The notes: generated by a model from the sequence alone, not told the origin. A DNA stretch of 64,000 bases from Candidatus Kaiserbacteria bacterium (GCA_963699165.1 OY969413.1:724562-788561), one strand, 5' to 3'; shown: positions 17,027 to 26,833, counted from the first letter of the stretch. Numbers and translations: made by a program.

Positions 17027-17563
17027 TCAATGCTGTTCTTTTTCGCATTTGACGCGCCCGAGCTCAAGAAGTGGCTCGACGACATATTTGTTAACCTCGG
17101 GTACTCCCTTACGAATCCTCTTGAGCAGAAGCGGCAACGCTTTGTGCAGCAATACCACGTTTGCAGGCGGCATATCATTCAACTCGGCCGCGACTGACGT
17201 TCCCTCCTCTCCCGGAAACGGATTGACCCGTATCGTATTATCGCCCAGGAAGCGCACGTATGCATCTACTCCCCACGTTGATGTGTGACTGGCTTCAATA
17301 TCCCAGTAGACCGCGGCTACTTCTTGAGCCTCAACAAATTCCGGCCCGCCGCGACGTACATTCCAGATGTAATACGTGTCTACGAATAAGACCGACATGA
17401 ATTTGACGATTTCTTTCTTCTTTTCCTCCAGCCGGTCGCTGCCAACCAGAAGTTGGTCGACCATATTAGGCGGCCGCTTTGCCCGCTCAATCATGCTAAG
17501 CACAGCGCCGAGGATACCGATTAGACCAATCACTCCAACCATGACAATGATGTTGCTGTTCAC
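17027..17563 (-). CDS. Hypothetical protein with N-terminal TM
   Basis: Hydrophobic N-terminus, SD-like AAGGG. Divergent from the second trmB once the IS is removed. Confidence 0.6.
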   Translation of the reverse strand: MNSNIIVMVGVIGLIGILGAVLSMIERAKRPPNMVDQLLVGSDRLEEKKKEIVKFMSVLFVDTYYIWNVRRGGPEFVEAQEVAAVYWDIEASHTSTWGVDAYVRFLGDNTIRVNPFPGEEGTSVAAELNDMPPANVVLLHKALPLLLKRIRKGVPEVNKYVVEPLLELGRVKCEKEQH

Positions 17564-17618
17564 GTTATTTCCCTTTCAAGGGAGCGTGCTATCTGATACA
17601 AGTGTAGTCCTTCGGACA

Positions 17619-18548
17619 CGTTTTCTAATCAATAGCTTGGACGCATTCTGTTAATATGGCGAGCGGCGTTTTGAGGTCGAGCCCGAAGTGGTGGCGGGTG
17701 GTGTTGTACCCGCTCAGATAGGTCGGCAGAATCGCATTGATTGCCCGTATCTCAATCGAAAGAGCATCAAGACACTCTTCACGCAGTGTGCGATTGAATC
17801 GCTCGACGTGCGCATTGTCGTTGCTCTGCCTGACTCTCGTGTGTCGATGGCGTATCGAGAGGCGTTCGGTGAAGTGCATGGAGAACTCGGGGCCATTGTC
17901 GGTCTGCACGCACTCGAACAGGAATGGTGCCGCAACCTGTGCCCGCTTCACGAAGAGGAGAGAGACGCGGCAGTTGATGCGCGGGGTCGCCCAGGCGTAC
18001 GCCCAACGGCTGTATACATCGATTAGTGTATACACGTACAGAACCGTTTTGCCGTGGAGTGCCAGATGGATGGTGTCCACCTCCACAAGAGCGCCCGGAT
18101 ATGCGGCTTCCGGACGTTCCGAGTGCGGGTGGTACCGTTTCCACGGGCTCCGCTTTTTGATGAGGCCGAAACGACCGAGCGTCCGCTTCACCGACGAGAG
18201 CGACACCGAGACACCCTCGTCTTCGAGCGCCCGGTGTACGACCTCGGCCGAGCGTTTGAGTACGAGACGCTTCTCGACAATCTTGTTCACAATCTTCGAC
18301 GGCAGCTCGTTTGGATGATTCCTCGGTTTTGATGAGAGCGTCGGAATCGGATGATACCCGTATATCTTCGCCTTCTTCACCCATTTGCATACCGTACTCG
18401 ACCCGACGCCGAACCGACGGCCAACCTCGGTGGGCGTATATCCTCTCCTCACCATGTCTGCAGCATCCCTTCTGACCTTGGGCATGTGCGGGTTTTGTGT
18501 GTATGCCATGACGCGATGATATCGCGTCCAAGCTATTGAACCATTACG
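17619..18548 (-). mobile_element. IS481-family element A, copy 1 (930 bp)
   Basis: 6-bp TSD CGGACA (17613-17618 and 18549-18554). IR core TCAATAGCTTGGACGC. Matches 29117-30046. Confidence 0.93.
17625..18509 (-). CDS. IS481-family transposase
   Basis: HTH plus DDE motifs EVDT, QTDNGPEF, NAHVERFNRT. Confidence 0.9.
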   Translation of the reverse strand: MAYTQNPHMPKVRRDAADMVRRGYTPTEVGRRFGVGSSTVCKWVKKAKIYGYHPIPTLSSKPRNHPNELPSKIVNKIVEKRLVLKRSAEVVHRALEDEGVSVSLSSVKRTLGRFGLIKKRSPWKRYHPHSERPEAAYPGALVEVDTIHLALHGKTVLYVYTLIDVYSRWAYAWATPRINCRVSLLFVKRAQVAAPFLFECVQTDNGPEFSMHFTERLSIRHRHTRVRQSNDNAHVERFNRTLREECLDALSIEIRAINAILPTYLSGYNTTRHHFGLDLKTPLAILTECVQAID

Positions 18549-18681
18549 CGGACATTGACAGTACAATTAAGTATTGCAGAACACGCTATGCGAGAATTTT
18601 GCGTCGTAAATACATGCTATATCTTAATATATAAATGTCGGAAATACTTTACAAATATGAGCATTTTGCTAGAATTGGCAT

Positions 18682-19485
18682 ATGGCCCTGAAAAATAATT
18701 TACGTTTACTCGGACTTTCCACCAAGGAAGAGAAGGTATTGCGGGCGCTCATGGACTGCAAAGATACGCCGCTTCTCATTGCGCGGGCGACAAAAGTCTC
18801 GCGTCCCGCCATCTACGCCATTTTGAACATCCTGCACGAGCGGGGAATTGCCGTGCGGCATACGGTAAACGGGAAAAAGAAATGGGCAATTGCCGACGAA
18901 CGCGGTATCGAAGAAACTTTGTATGACGCAAAGCGCACTTTGCTCGACATCCCGCACGGCCGAGAGGAACTTCGCGGCAGTTCGGATTCGATGGTCATCG
19001 TGCACCGCGGATTGGAAGCAATTAAGAAAGTCATGCCGACCTTGTTTGCCGCTCACAAGCACGAGCGCTTTTTCTGGGGCTTTCAGGGAGACATTGCCAC
19101 GGCAGAGTGGAACAAAACGTTTTCCCTCGCCGAAACGAACCGCATCAATCGCGAAATAAAAAACAACGGCATCATCACCGAAGCCATTTTGCCCGCCGGT
19201 TGGCTTGAAGAGCAAACGAAACTGCTCGGGGCGTTGTGGGCGAAAGATTTTGAAGGTCGAACTGCGCGCGTCAACATCATCGACCCGTCGTATTTCAAAC
19301 ACGGCGGACAGTGCTGGGTATTTCGCGACGCGCTCTATCTTTTCTCGCTGAGCGAGCAACTGGTCATCGAAATACGCAACTCCGAAATCCAGAAGATGGT
19401 TTTGGCGATATTCCAATTTATGCAGGATGCATCCATCACAATCGATGCCAATGAGGTGCTGCGGAAACTCATCTCTAAAAATTAG
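18682..19485 (+). CDS. TrmB-family transcriptional regulator
   Basis: LGLSTKEEKV..IARATKVSRPAIYAILNILHERG wHTH, plus IEIRNSEI C-terminal motif. Confidence 0.8.
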   Translation: MALKNNLRLLGLSTKEEKVLRALMDCKDTPLLIARATKVSRPAIYAILNILHERGIAVRHTVNGKKKWAIADERGIEETLYDAKRTLLDIPHGREELRGSSDSMVIVHRGLEAIKKVMPTLFAAHKHERFFWGFQGDIATAEWNKTFSLAETNRINREIKNNGIITEAILPAGWLEEQTKLLGALWAKDFEGRTARVNIIDPSYFKHGGQCWVFRDALYLFSLSEQLVIEIRNSEIQKMVLAIFQFMQDASITIDANEVLRKLISKN

Positions 19486-19499
19486 AAGCTGGTGACGTT

Positions 19500-21029
19500 C
19501 TAGCGTGCGAATTCTACGACACGATTTTCTCTAATAATGTTTACTTTAATCTCTCCCGGGTACTTTAGCTCCTCTTGAATGCGGGCGGCAATATTGCGGG
19601 CGAGCGCGTGCATTGCAACGTCGGAAACCTTTCCGGGATTTACAAAGACGCGGATTTCGCGGCCGGCGGCAATGGCATAGACCTTTTCGACGCCTTCAAA
19701 GGCGGCCGCGAGGCGCTCCAAGTCGCCGAGGCGCTCGAGGTAGCGGTCAACCGTGTCGCGGCGCGCGCCCGGACGGCCCGCGGAAATAGCATCCGCAACC
19801 TGCACAATCACCGCTTCCGGCGTTTCGTACGGATACTCATCGTGATGCGATTGCATTGCTAGAATGATGCTTTTGTCGACGCCGAACTTTTCAAGTATGC
19901 GGCGGCCGATTTCGACATGTGTACCCTGCACTTCGTGGTCGACCGCTTTGCCGATGTCGTGCAACAGCGCGCCGGTGCGGGCAACTTGCGGGTCTGCGCC
20001 AAGCTCGGTCGCGAGCATGCCCGCAATGTGCGCCATTTCAATAGAGTGCGTGAGCACATTTTGTCCGTAGCTTGTGCGGAAATGGAGTCGTCCCAAAAGA
20101 GAAATAAGTTTCGGATCAAGTCCGACGATGCCGACTTCAAATGCCGCCGCTTCGCCCTTTTGCTTGATGATTTCATTTACTTCCACGCGCGTTTTCTCAA
20201 CGGCCTCTTCAATCTTGGTCGGTTGGATTCGGCCGTCGGCAATGAGTTTCTCAAGCGCGATTTTCGCAATGGCTCGGCGAAGCGGGTCAAACGAAGAAAG
20301 CGTAATGCGGTCGGGAGCATCGTCGATAATGACGTCCACGCCGGTTGCGCGTTCAAATGACTTGATGTTGCGGCCTTCTTTGCCGATGATTTTTCCCTTC
20401 ACATCTTCGGAAGGCAGAATGACCGAGAGCGACATCACCTCTGCGTTCACCGCATTGCCGAGTCGGTGAATCGCATTTACGAGAATCGCATTTGCACGGC
20501 TTTCCAGACGCTCGCGACCGTTTGCTTCGAGTTTCTGGAGACGCAGAAGAATTGCATTCTCATACGCCCGCTCCAGTTCCGCAAAAAGCTCTTCGCGCGC
20601 TTTCTCTTCGGAAAGGTGTGCGATGCGGGCGAGCTCTTTCGAGCGCTCTGCGATGAGTTTCTCCGCTTCGCTTCGCACGCGCGCCGCCTCTTGTTCGCGC
20701 GCGCGCACTTCGTCTTCGTTTTCATCAAGGTCGAGCTGGCGCGCATCGAGAAAACTCTCGCGCGAGTCGAGATGCTCTTCGCGAAGCGCAAGTTTCTCTT
20801 CGCGCTCTTCGATAGGAGAGAGTCGCTCTGTTTCTATGACTTGGGCGCGGAATTCCGCGTCTTTGATTATTTTTGCTGCCTGTTCTTTCGCATCTAAAAG
20901 TTTCTGCCGCGTGCGAAGCTCGACCGAGCCGCGCTCGGCAAGCCCTATAAGCACTCGGAGGACGTAGCCGAGGACAATGCCGCCTACGCCCGAAAGCGCA
21001 AGCATAATAAGGATAATTTTGAGTGACAT
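19500..21029 (-). CDS. rny: Ribonuclease Y
   Basis: TM, coiled coil, KH (KGKIIGKEGRNI) and HD (LLHDIGK) domains. Confidence 0.96.
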   Translation of the reverse strand: MSLKIILIMLALSGVGGIVLGYVLRVLIGLAERGSVELRTRQKLLDAKEQAAKIIKDAEFRAQVIETERLSPIEEREEKLALREEHLDSRESFLDARQLDLDENEDEVRAREQEAARVRSEAEKLIAERSKELARIAHLSEEKAREELFAELERAYENAILLRLQKLEANGRERLESRANAILVNAIHRLGNAVNAEVMSLSVILPSEDVKGKIIGKEGRNIKSFERATGVDVIIDDAPDRITLSSFDPLRRAIAKIALEKLIADGRIQPTKIEEAVEKTRVEVNEIIKQKGEAAAFEVGIVGLDPKLISLLGRLHFRTSYGQNVLTHSIEMAHIAGMLATELGADPQVARTGALLHDIGKAVDHEVQGTHVEIGRRILEKFGVDKSIILAMQSHHDEYPYETPEAVIVQVADAISAGRPGARRDTVDRYLERLGDLERLAAAFEGVEKVYAIAAGREIRVFVNPGKVSDVAMHALARNIAARIQEELKYPGEIKVNIIRENRVVEFAR

Positions 21030-21187
21030 AAACGGCCCGTTTATTATTCCCGGCCTCGCGGAGCGAGGCCGGGCCAAAGTGCTAAAAAGCGGCGAATCGG
21101 CTCGGCTTTCGGTTCAGTTCGTCAGAGGGGCAGTGTGAGGGGACTGTAGCATAAAACCGATAACGGCACACCTCTGATAGAAAAATT

Positions 21188-21215
21188 AGGCGCTCGCGGG
21201 GTTCGCGAGCGCCTG
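21188..21215 (-). terminator. GC hairpin, probable terminator
   Basis: AGGCGCTCGCG-GGGTT-CGCGAGCGCCT with an A-run on the plus side. Confidence 0.65.
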
Positions 21216-21234
21216 ACGTGATTTAAGCCGCGGA

Positions 21235-21363
21235 TCACATCAGAAGGTCACCTCCCTCCGATTCCAAGCCGCGTCTCGAAGCGCCTATGAAAAACATGAG
21301 CATAAGAGCCGCGAGAGATGCCCAAACGGCGACCCCGATAACAACCTTCTTCCACCGTGACAC
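21235..21363 (-). CDS. 42-aa single-TM peptide
   Basis: SD AAAGGA then GTG. MSRWKKVVIGVAVWASLAALMLMFFIGASRRGLESEGGDLLM. Confidence 0.55.
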   Translation of the reverse strand: MSRWKKVVIGVAVWASLAALMLMFFIGASRRGLESEGGDLLM

Positions 21364-21399
21364 GGCTGTTCCTTTCTCCTGCCAAAGGCAGGAAGGACG

Positions 21400-22460
21400 G
21401 GCGACTAGTCTTTTGAATTCGAACGTTTGATACATTGAGCGAATGAAAAAACCTCCGGCGGTGCGCACTTCACAAGGTCCGAACGAGACGAAATACAGAT
21501 ACTGTTAGCGAAGGGATACTCTTTGCAAGATGTCGGAGATGCACTCGACCGACCGAAGAGTGTCATATGGTACGAGACGCAAAAGAAGAGGAAGGGACGG
21601 CCGTATGATGCTGCATATGCGCATCACATTTCATACGTACGAAGGAAACACAGCCGAGCGGTCGGCAAGATGATTGCTCTCGACCCGAAGCTCCGGAAGT
21701 TCATCGAGGCGCATCTCTTCGACGATCAGTCGCCCGAAAACATCTCACTTCGATTGAAGCGGATCGAGAAGGATATCGGATATGCTTCATCCTCGGCTAT
21801 ACGCCGATATATCAAGAGCCCGTATGGCAGACGGATCGAGTCGCATCGAGCAAAGTTATTCAAGAAGAGGCGACGCTCTCGGCCATCGAAACCACACATT
21901 GCCGACAAGCGCCTGATCGACAAACGACCGAGCAAAATCAACAAGCGATGGGGATTGGGTCACATGGAGGGCGACTTCATCGTGTCGGGCAAGAGCGGTC
22001 AAGGCATCATTCTTGGTCTGCGGGATCGCAGGGTGCGCAAAAACCTGCTGGAGCGGATCCTGCCAGTGTCAGTGCGAAACGTGGAGCGAGCGCTTCGCAG
22101 AATGAAAAAGCGGTATCCCGAGATGCAGACCATCACATTCGACAACGATATTCTCTTTCTCGAACACAAACGGCTAGAGAAGGTGCTTGGGGTGAAGATA
22201 TATTTCTGTCATGTGCATGCGCCATGGGAGAAGCCATCAATCGAGAATCTGAACAAGGACTTGCGGCGGTACATCCCGAAAAGCTCGGATATTTCAAAGT
22301 ATTCAAAAAGATTTGTGCAGAAACTCGAAGCAAAGATGAATCGCCGCTTCATGGATGTGCTCGGTTCACTCACGCCAGATGAGGCGTATGCTGCGGAAAA
22401 GAAACAACGCGCTCAGAGGAGCGCAAAAAACCGTCGTTCGAATTGAGGGGTTTGGGTGCC
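21400..22460 (+). mobile_element. IS30-family element
   Basis: GGC..AATTCGAACG imperfect IRs and 3-bp TSD ACG (21397-21399 and 22461-22463). Confidence 0.8.
21443..22446 (+). CDS. IS30 transposase, apparently frameshifted near its start
   Basis: GHMEGDFI, TITFDND, PWEKPSIENLN..RRYIPK. The N-terminal HFTRSERDEI motif is in frame but the ATG at 21443 is one base off. Confidence 0.8.
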
Positions 22461-22574
22461 ACGACTACACTGTTGCGAAAATAACATTTCCTTGCAACTT
22501 GTCAAACCTTTCAAAACAAAAGCTAAGCGCTCGCGGGGTGTAAATCCGCGAGCGCTTGGTTCCCGGCCTGCATA

Positions 22575-22724
22575 TCAGTTGAGCGCAGGCCCGGTTTCGG
22601 ACTCACTCGCCTGCGGCTCCTCGCATACCGCCGCGAACGCGAGAAATCGGGTCTTGAAAAGCAGGGCAACCCCAAACCCTGCCAGTAGCCAGGCGAAAAG
22701 CCCGGCGATGATTTGAATGAGCAC
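22575..22724 (-). CDS. 49-aa single-TM peptide (not in ORF track)
   Basis: SD-like GGAAGG then GTG. MLIQIIAGLFAWLLAGFGVALLFKTRFLAFAAVCEEPQASESETGPALN, followed by a hairpin at 22525-22558. Confidence 0.55.
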   Translation of the reverse strand: MLIQIIAGLFAWLLAGFGVALLFKTRFLAFAAVCEEPQASESETGPALN

Positions 22725-22761
22725 GAGCGACCCTTCCCCTGCTTAACGGCAGAGATAAATG

Positions 22762-22802
22762 CAAGCTTCTGCAAGTATTACATACTTGCAGAAGCTTGTC
22801 AA
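22762..22802 (-). promoter_or_regulatory. 17-bp perfect inverted repeat overlapping a TTGACA -35 box
   Basis: CAAGCTTCTGCAAGTAT-TAC-ATACTTGCAGAAGCTTG. Could be an operator or the clpP terminator. Confidence 0.55.
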
Positions 22803-22829
22803 CCCTTTCGTTCAGCGCTGTGGATATCT

Positions 22830-23432
22830 TTATCCGTACACTTTGTCGACCAGGCCGTACTTCTTCGCTTCATCGGCGGACATGAAAAAGTCGCGCTCCA
22901 CATCTTTTTCGATTTTTGCGAGCGGCTGACCGGTGTTTTTTGAAAGAATTTTATTGAGGCGCTCGCGGAGCTTGATAATTTGCTTCGCGGTGATTTCAAT
23001 ATCGGTTGCTTGGCCTTCGGCGCCGCCGTGCGGCTGATGAATCATCACTTCGGCATTCGGCAGGGAAAAGCGTTTCCCTTTCTCGCCCGCGGAGAGAAGA
23101 ATCGCCGCTCCGGACGCCGCCATGCCGACGCACACGGTCGAAACGGCCGGCTTCACATGGTTCATCGTGTCCACCATGGCGAGCGTGGCCGTCACCGAGC
23201 CGCCCGGAGAATTGATGTAGAGCGAAATGTCTTTCTTCGGGTCTTCAGCTTCAAGGAAGAGAAGTTGGGCGATGACGAGATTCGCCACATCGTCGTCAAT
23301 CGGACCGCCGAGAAAAACGATGCGCTCCTTCAAGAGGCGCGAATAAATGTCGTAGGCGCGTTCGCCGAACTGGCTTTTTTCGATAACCATCGGGACGAGC
23401 ATTGAGGCGCGGGGTTGTGTGCGGGTGTTCAT
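22830..23432 (-). CDS. clpP: ATP-dependent Clp protease proteolytic subunit
   Basis: [28 protein letters not shown]. Confidence 0.97.
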   Translation of the reverse strand: MNTRTQPRASMLVPMVIEKSQFGERAYDIYSRLLKERIVFLGGPIDDDVANLVIAQLLFLEAEDPKKDISLYINSPGGSVTATLAMVDTMNHVKPAVSTVCVGMAASGAAILLSAGEKGKRFSLPNAEVMIHQPHGGAEGQATDIEITAKQIIKLRERLNKILSKNTGQPLAKIEKDVERDFFMSADEAKKYGLVDKVYG

Positions 23433-23514
23433 GGAATAAATGTATTACGTTTCGCGGAGTTGGCAAAGAATACCACATTCGCCGCCGCAATGGATAGATG
23501 CGTGCGCCGCAAAC

Positions 23515-23709
23515 CTATTGTGCGGCAGCCGGCAGTTGATATTGCGAGTCCTGCGCGACGCGCTGGCCCCACGCGTAAAATGCGCCGATGATAATCATGA
23601 GCATAATCACGATAATGGAGACGACGGCGCCCCACGACTGCGCTTTCCGAGAAGGTACACCGGGCTCCGGCGCCGCCTCGTCTTGCGGAACGATTTTCTC
23701 CGGCTCCAT
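23515..23709 (-). CDS. Small single-TM protein
   Basis: WGAVVSIIVIMLMIIIGAFYAWG. Adjacent to the ppa stop. Confidence 0.65.
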   Translation of the reverse strand: MEPEKIVPQDEAAPEPGVPSRKAQSWGAVVSIIVIMLMIIIGAFYAWGQRVAQDSQYQLPAAAQ

Positions 23710-23710
23710 A

Positions 23711-24232
23711 TTATTTCTTCTTCGCCTCGTACAGCTCGCGCGCGCGGTCGAAAGCCGCCTCGGCTTCGGCTCGGCCCTCGAATTCGCCGACCGCTACTTC
23801 TTTTTTCTGAATTTGCTTGTAGGTCGCGAAGAAGTGCGCAATTTCCTTTAAGAGGTGCGGATTTGCATCTTTTATGTCCTGCACGTGCGCGTACCGCGGA
23901 TCGCCGACCGCGACCGCGATGACTTTTTCATCCGGCTCGCCGCTGTCAATCATGTGCATGATGCCGATGGGGCGCGCCTCGACGAGAATGCCGGGCGCAA
24001 GCGGATAGGTCGTGAGCACGACCACGTCGAGCGCATCGCCGTCGTCCCAATGCGTCTGCGGCACAAAACCGTAATCGAACGGATAGTCCTGGGCGGAATG
24101 CAGAACGCGGTCGAGCTTGATGACGCCCGTCTTTTTATCGATTTCGTATTTATTGTGCGACCCTTTCGGAATCTCGATGATGACGTTCATCTCTTCTTTC
24201 GTGCCCGGAACAATATCGTGAAGTAGGTTCAT
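23711..24232 (-). CDS. ppa: Inorganic pyrophosphatase (family I)
   Basis: EIPKGSHNKYE, YGFVPQT, DGDALDV. Confidence 0.96.
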   Translation of the reverse strand: MNLLHDIVPGTKEEMNVIIEIPKGSHNKYEIDKKTGVIKLDRVLHSAQDYPFDYGFVPQTHWDDGDALDVVVLTTYPLAPGILVEARPIGIMHMIDSGEPDEKVIAVAVGDPRYAHVQDIKDANPHLLKEIAHFFATYKQIQKKEVAVGEFEGRAEAEAAFDRARELYEAKKK

Positions 24233-24298
24233 CCCGTTAGAAATTAGTTTGCAAAAACTGCAGATTTTTAAGTATTCCTCCCGCGAAACCGGAAATTT

Positions 24299-25390
24299 CT
24301 AACGGGATTCATATGCAACCAAGTATAACGCCGGCGCCGACTTTTTTAAAGTCGGTGTACGCGTCCAGTACTTTTGGCAGTCCCCGACGGTTAATGTACA
24401 CACAATATACCGCAAGGGGGACACCATGCCGAGCGACTGGTGCGGGCGTTTGGTGTTGTACCAGATCAGCCAGTCGACAAGCTTCAGATTGAAGGAATGA
24501 ATATCGTCCCGCAGCAGGCCCCGATTCAGCATGATGAAGTCCTCGGACACGGTGCGATTGAATCGTTCGACGTGGGCATTCATCTTGGGAGTGCGGGGGC
24601 GGGTGTGAAAGTGCGTGAGCCCGAGTTCGGCACAGGCATCCTCGAAGTGTTTGGCGAACTCGCTCCCGTTGTCGGTCTGCAACTCGTCGATATCGAAGGG
24701 GCAAACCTCGATGACTCGGCGAAGGAAGTCGTCCGCGCTTCTCGACGAGTGGTTCGTATACGCGCCCGCAAAGGCGAACTTCCGCTCCACGTCCACTGCC
24801 GTGAGGACGTACCGCTTCACGCCGTCGATGAAGCGTACGACGGTATCGAGCTCCATGCCGCGCTTGCCGGTGCGGCGAAGCTTGGTACGGCGTTTCTGCG
24901 GTGTTTCCGTGTGATTGCCCGTACGTGCGTGGAACGAGAGCCGGCTCTGCTGCGGGAGCAGACCGCGGTTCTTCAAATCCAGAATGACCCGCCCAACGTA
25001 TGACTCCGACACGGAGTACCCTTCTTCGCGCAGGAGAACGGCAAGCTTTGCTTTCCCAAGCCGGGGATGCGCCTGTCGTTCGCGGATGATGAAATCCTCG
25101 ACCTCGGGCAGAACAGTCCTCCTTCGACGCGCCTTCGGCGCAGTGCTCTTCGGGTCAAGTGCATCAATGCGGCCCTCGTGGGCTTTGAGTTCCTCCTTCC
25201 AGCGATACAAGGTGCGCTCCGAGGTGCCAAAGGCGTCGTATGTGGCCTCCGTCCCGTGCATGTCCCAGAATCCCAATATCTTCACCCGTCTGTCGACTTC
25301 CTTTGGTTTCCGCATATGCCGCAATCGTATCGTCCTTTCCCACATGCTCAACCAGCCCTTCGTACCCCTGAAATTGCTTCTGATGCGCAT
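24299..25390 (-). CDS. IS481-like transposase B
   Basis: SERTLYRW HTH, ELDT, QTDNGSEF, NAHVERFNRT. The ORF reads through the IR into flanking DNA. Confidence 0.9.
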   Translation of the reverse strand: MRIRSNFRGTKGWLSMWERTIRLRHMRKPKEVDRRVKILGFWDMHGTEATYDAFGTSERTLYRWKEELKAHEGRIDALDPKSTAPKARRRRTVLPEVEDFIIRERQAHPRLGKAKLAVLLREEGYSVSESYVGRVILDLKNRGLLPQQSRLSFHARTGNHTETPQKRRTKLRRTGKRGMELDTVVRFIDGVKRYVLTAVDVERKFAFAGAYTNHSSRSADDFLRRVIEVCPFDIDELQTDNGSEFAKHFEDACAELGLTHFHTRPRTPKMNAHVERFNRTVSEDFIMLNRGLLRDDIHSFNLKLVDWLIWYNTKRPHQSLGMVSPLRYIVCTLTVGDCQKYWTRTPTLKKSAPALYLVAYESR

Positions 25391-25435
25391 ATATCCTCGG
25401 TTATGAGGACTGCCAAATGTATCTGAACTTATGCA
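24356..25435 (-). mobile_element. IS481-like element B (full copy)
   Basis: IRs TGTACGCGTCCAGTACTTTTGGCAGTCC and TGCATAAGTTCAGATACATTTGGCAGTCC. 5-bp TSD GTCGG. Confidence 0.9.
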
Positions 25436-25468
25436 GTCGGCGCCGGCGTTCTGCGTCCTATGTTAGGA

Positions 25469-26833
25469 TCATTCGTCTTTTGCGCTGTCGCGGTCTTCTT
25501 CTTTTTCGGAAACCGTTTCATCGCTCGCCGGAAGTTCGGCAAGTTCCTCCTCGGCGGGAAGCACCGTCGTTTGCGGCGCTTCGCCGTCAACAACTTCAAT
25601 GCTCTCGGTCGGCATGAGACCTGCGGCCTCGGCGGGGTCTTCTTCGATTTCCGCGACGGCGACCGTTTCGCCGTCCGACTCGGCAACTTCCTCGCCGGCG
25701 GCCGAAACGATGTCAATGTTCCATCCCGTGAGTTTCGCCGCGAGCCGCACATTTTGTCCGCCGCGGCCGATGGCGAGCGACTGTTCGTCTTCGGAGACGG
25801 TCACCGTTGCGCGATGCTCGGATTCATCAAGCACGACTTCGAGCGGCGTGGCGGGAGAAAGCGCTTCTTTAATAAATTCTTTCGCGTCGTCGCTCCATTC
25901 GATAATGTCGATGCGTTCGCCACCGAGTTCGCTCATGACGGTCGATACGCGCACGCCGCGCTGGCCGACGAGCGAACCGACCGGGTCCACATGCGGGTCA
26001 ATAGACGAAAGCGCAATCTTCGTGCGACTGCCCGGTTCGCGCGCAAGCGCTTTCACTTCGATGGAACCGGCGGCAAGTTCCGGCGCTTCAAGCTCGAAGA
26101 GCTTCACGACAAACTTCGGATGTGCACGAGAAAGTCGAAGATATACGCCGCGGAATCCCTCATCAACGGCGTACAAATACGCGCGAATGCGTTCGCCCAT
26201 GCGATAGCGTTCACCCGGAATTTGTTCCTCGTAGGGAATGATGCCGGTCGTGCGGCCGAGATCGACAAAAATCGCGCCGCGCTCCATGCGCTGCACGATA
26301 CCGCCCACGATTTGCCCTTTCTTCTCGCTGAATTCTTGCATCATCGAGAGTTTCTCGGCCTCGCGCACCTTTTGAATAACCACTTGCTTTGCGGTCTGCG
26401 CGGCGATGCGGCCGAAGTCGTCCTGCGGCTCAAGCGGGAAGATGATTTCCTCGCCGAGCGTAACGCCGCGCTTCATAAGTTTCGCATCGGCAAGGAGAAT
26501 GTGCTTTTCGGAATCAAAACGCGGCAATTCTCCTTCCGCAAGCTGTTCCTCTTCGCTATGAAACGGATGCGCGTGCATCGGCTTTTCCTCGGCATCTTCC
26601 TCTTCGGTCGGGAAACGGACCGTCGTTTCGTCGACAACCGTTTTCACCTGTTCAAAAGTGATGGTGCCGGTATTGAGCTCAAGTTTGGCGCGCACAACCT
26701 GTCCGCGTTTGCCGTATTCGCGCTTGTACGCGGTCGCCATCGCGCTCTCGATAGCGCTTATCATCGTCTCGCGACTGATGCCCCTGTCTTCAAACTCCCC
26801 CAGCACCGCGCCCATTGTTTTCAAATCAATCAT
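25469..26833 (-). CDS. nusA: Transcription termination factor NusA
   Basis: FGRIAAQTAKQV, AREPGSRTKIA, SLAIGRGGQNVRLAAKLTGW, acidic tail. Confidence 0.97.
   Translation of the reverse strand: MIDLKTMGAVLGEFEDRGISRETMISAIESAMATAYKREYGKRGQVVRAKLELNTGTITFEQVKTVVDETTVRFPTEEEDAEEKPMHAHPFHSEEEQLAEGELPRFDSEKHILLADAKLMKRGVTLGEEIIFPLEPQDDFGRIAAQTAKQVVIQKVREAEKLSMMQEFSEKKGQIVGGIVQRMERGAIFVDLGRTTGIIPYEEQIPGERYRMGERIRAYLYAVDEGFRGVYLRLSRAHPKFVVKLFELEAPELAAGSIEVKALAREPGSRTKIALSSIDPHVDPVGSLVGQRGVRVSTVMSELGGERIDIIEWSDDAKEFIKEALSPATPLEVVLDESEHRATVTVSEDEQSLAIGRGGQNVRLAAKLTGWNIDIVSAAGEEVAESDGETVAVAEIEEDPAEAAGLMPTESIEVVDGEAPQTTVLPAEEELAELPASDETVSEKEEDRDSAKDE

Noticed and set aside
16357-17178. N-terminal extension of the 759-aa ORF overlapping hup
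   Set aside because: It crosses the HU gene, terminator hairpins and another ORF. ArnT-like sequence only begins near 16356.
21040-21180. Possible 6S RNA or leader upstream of rny
   Set aside because: Only one clear hairpin, and I could not build the long 6S rod structure.
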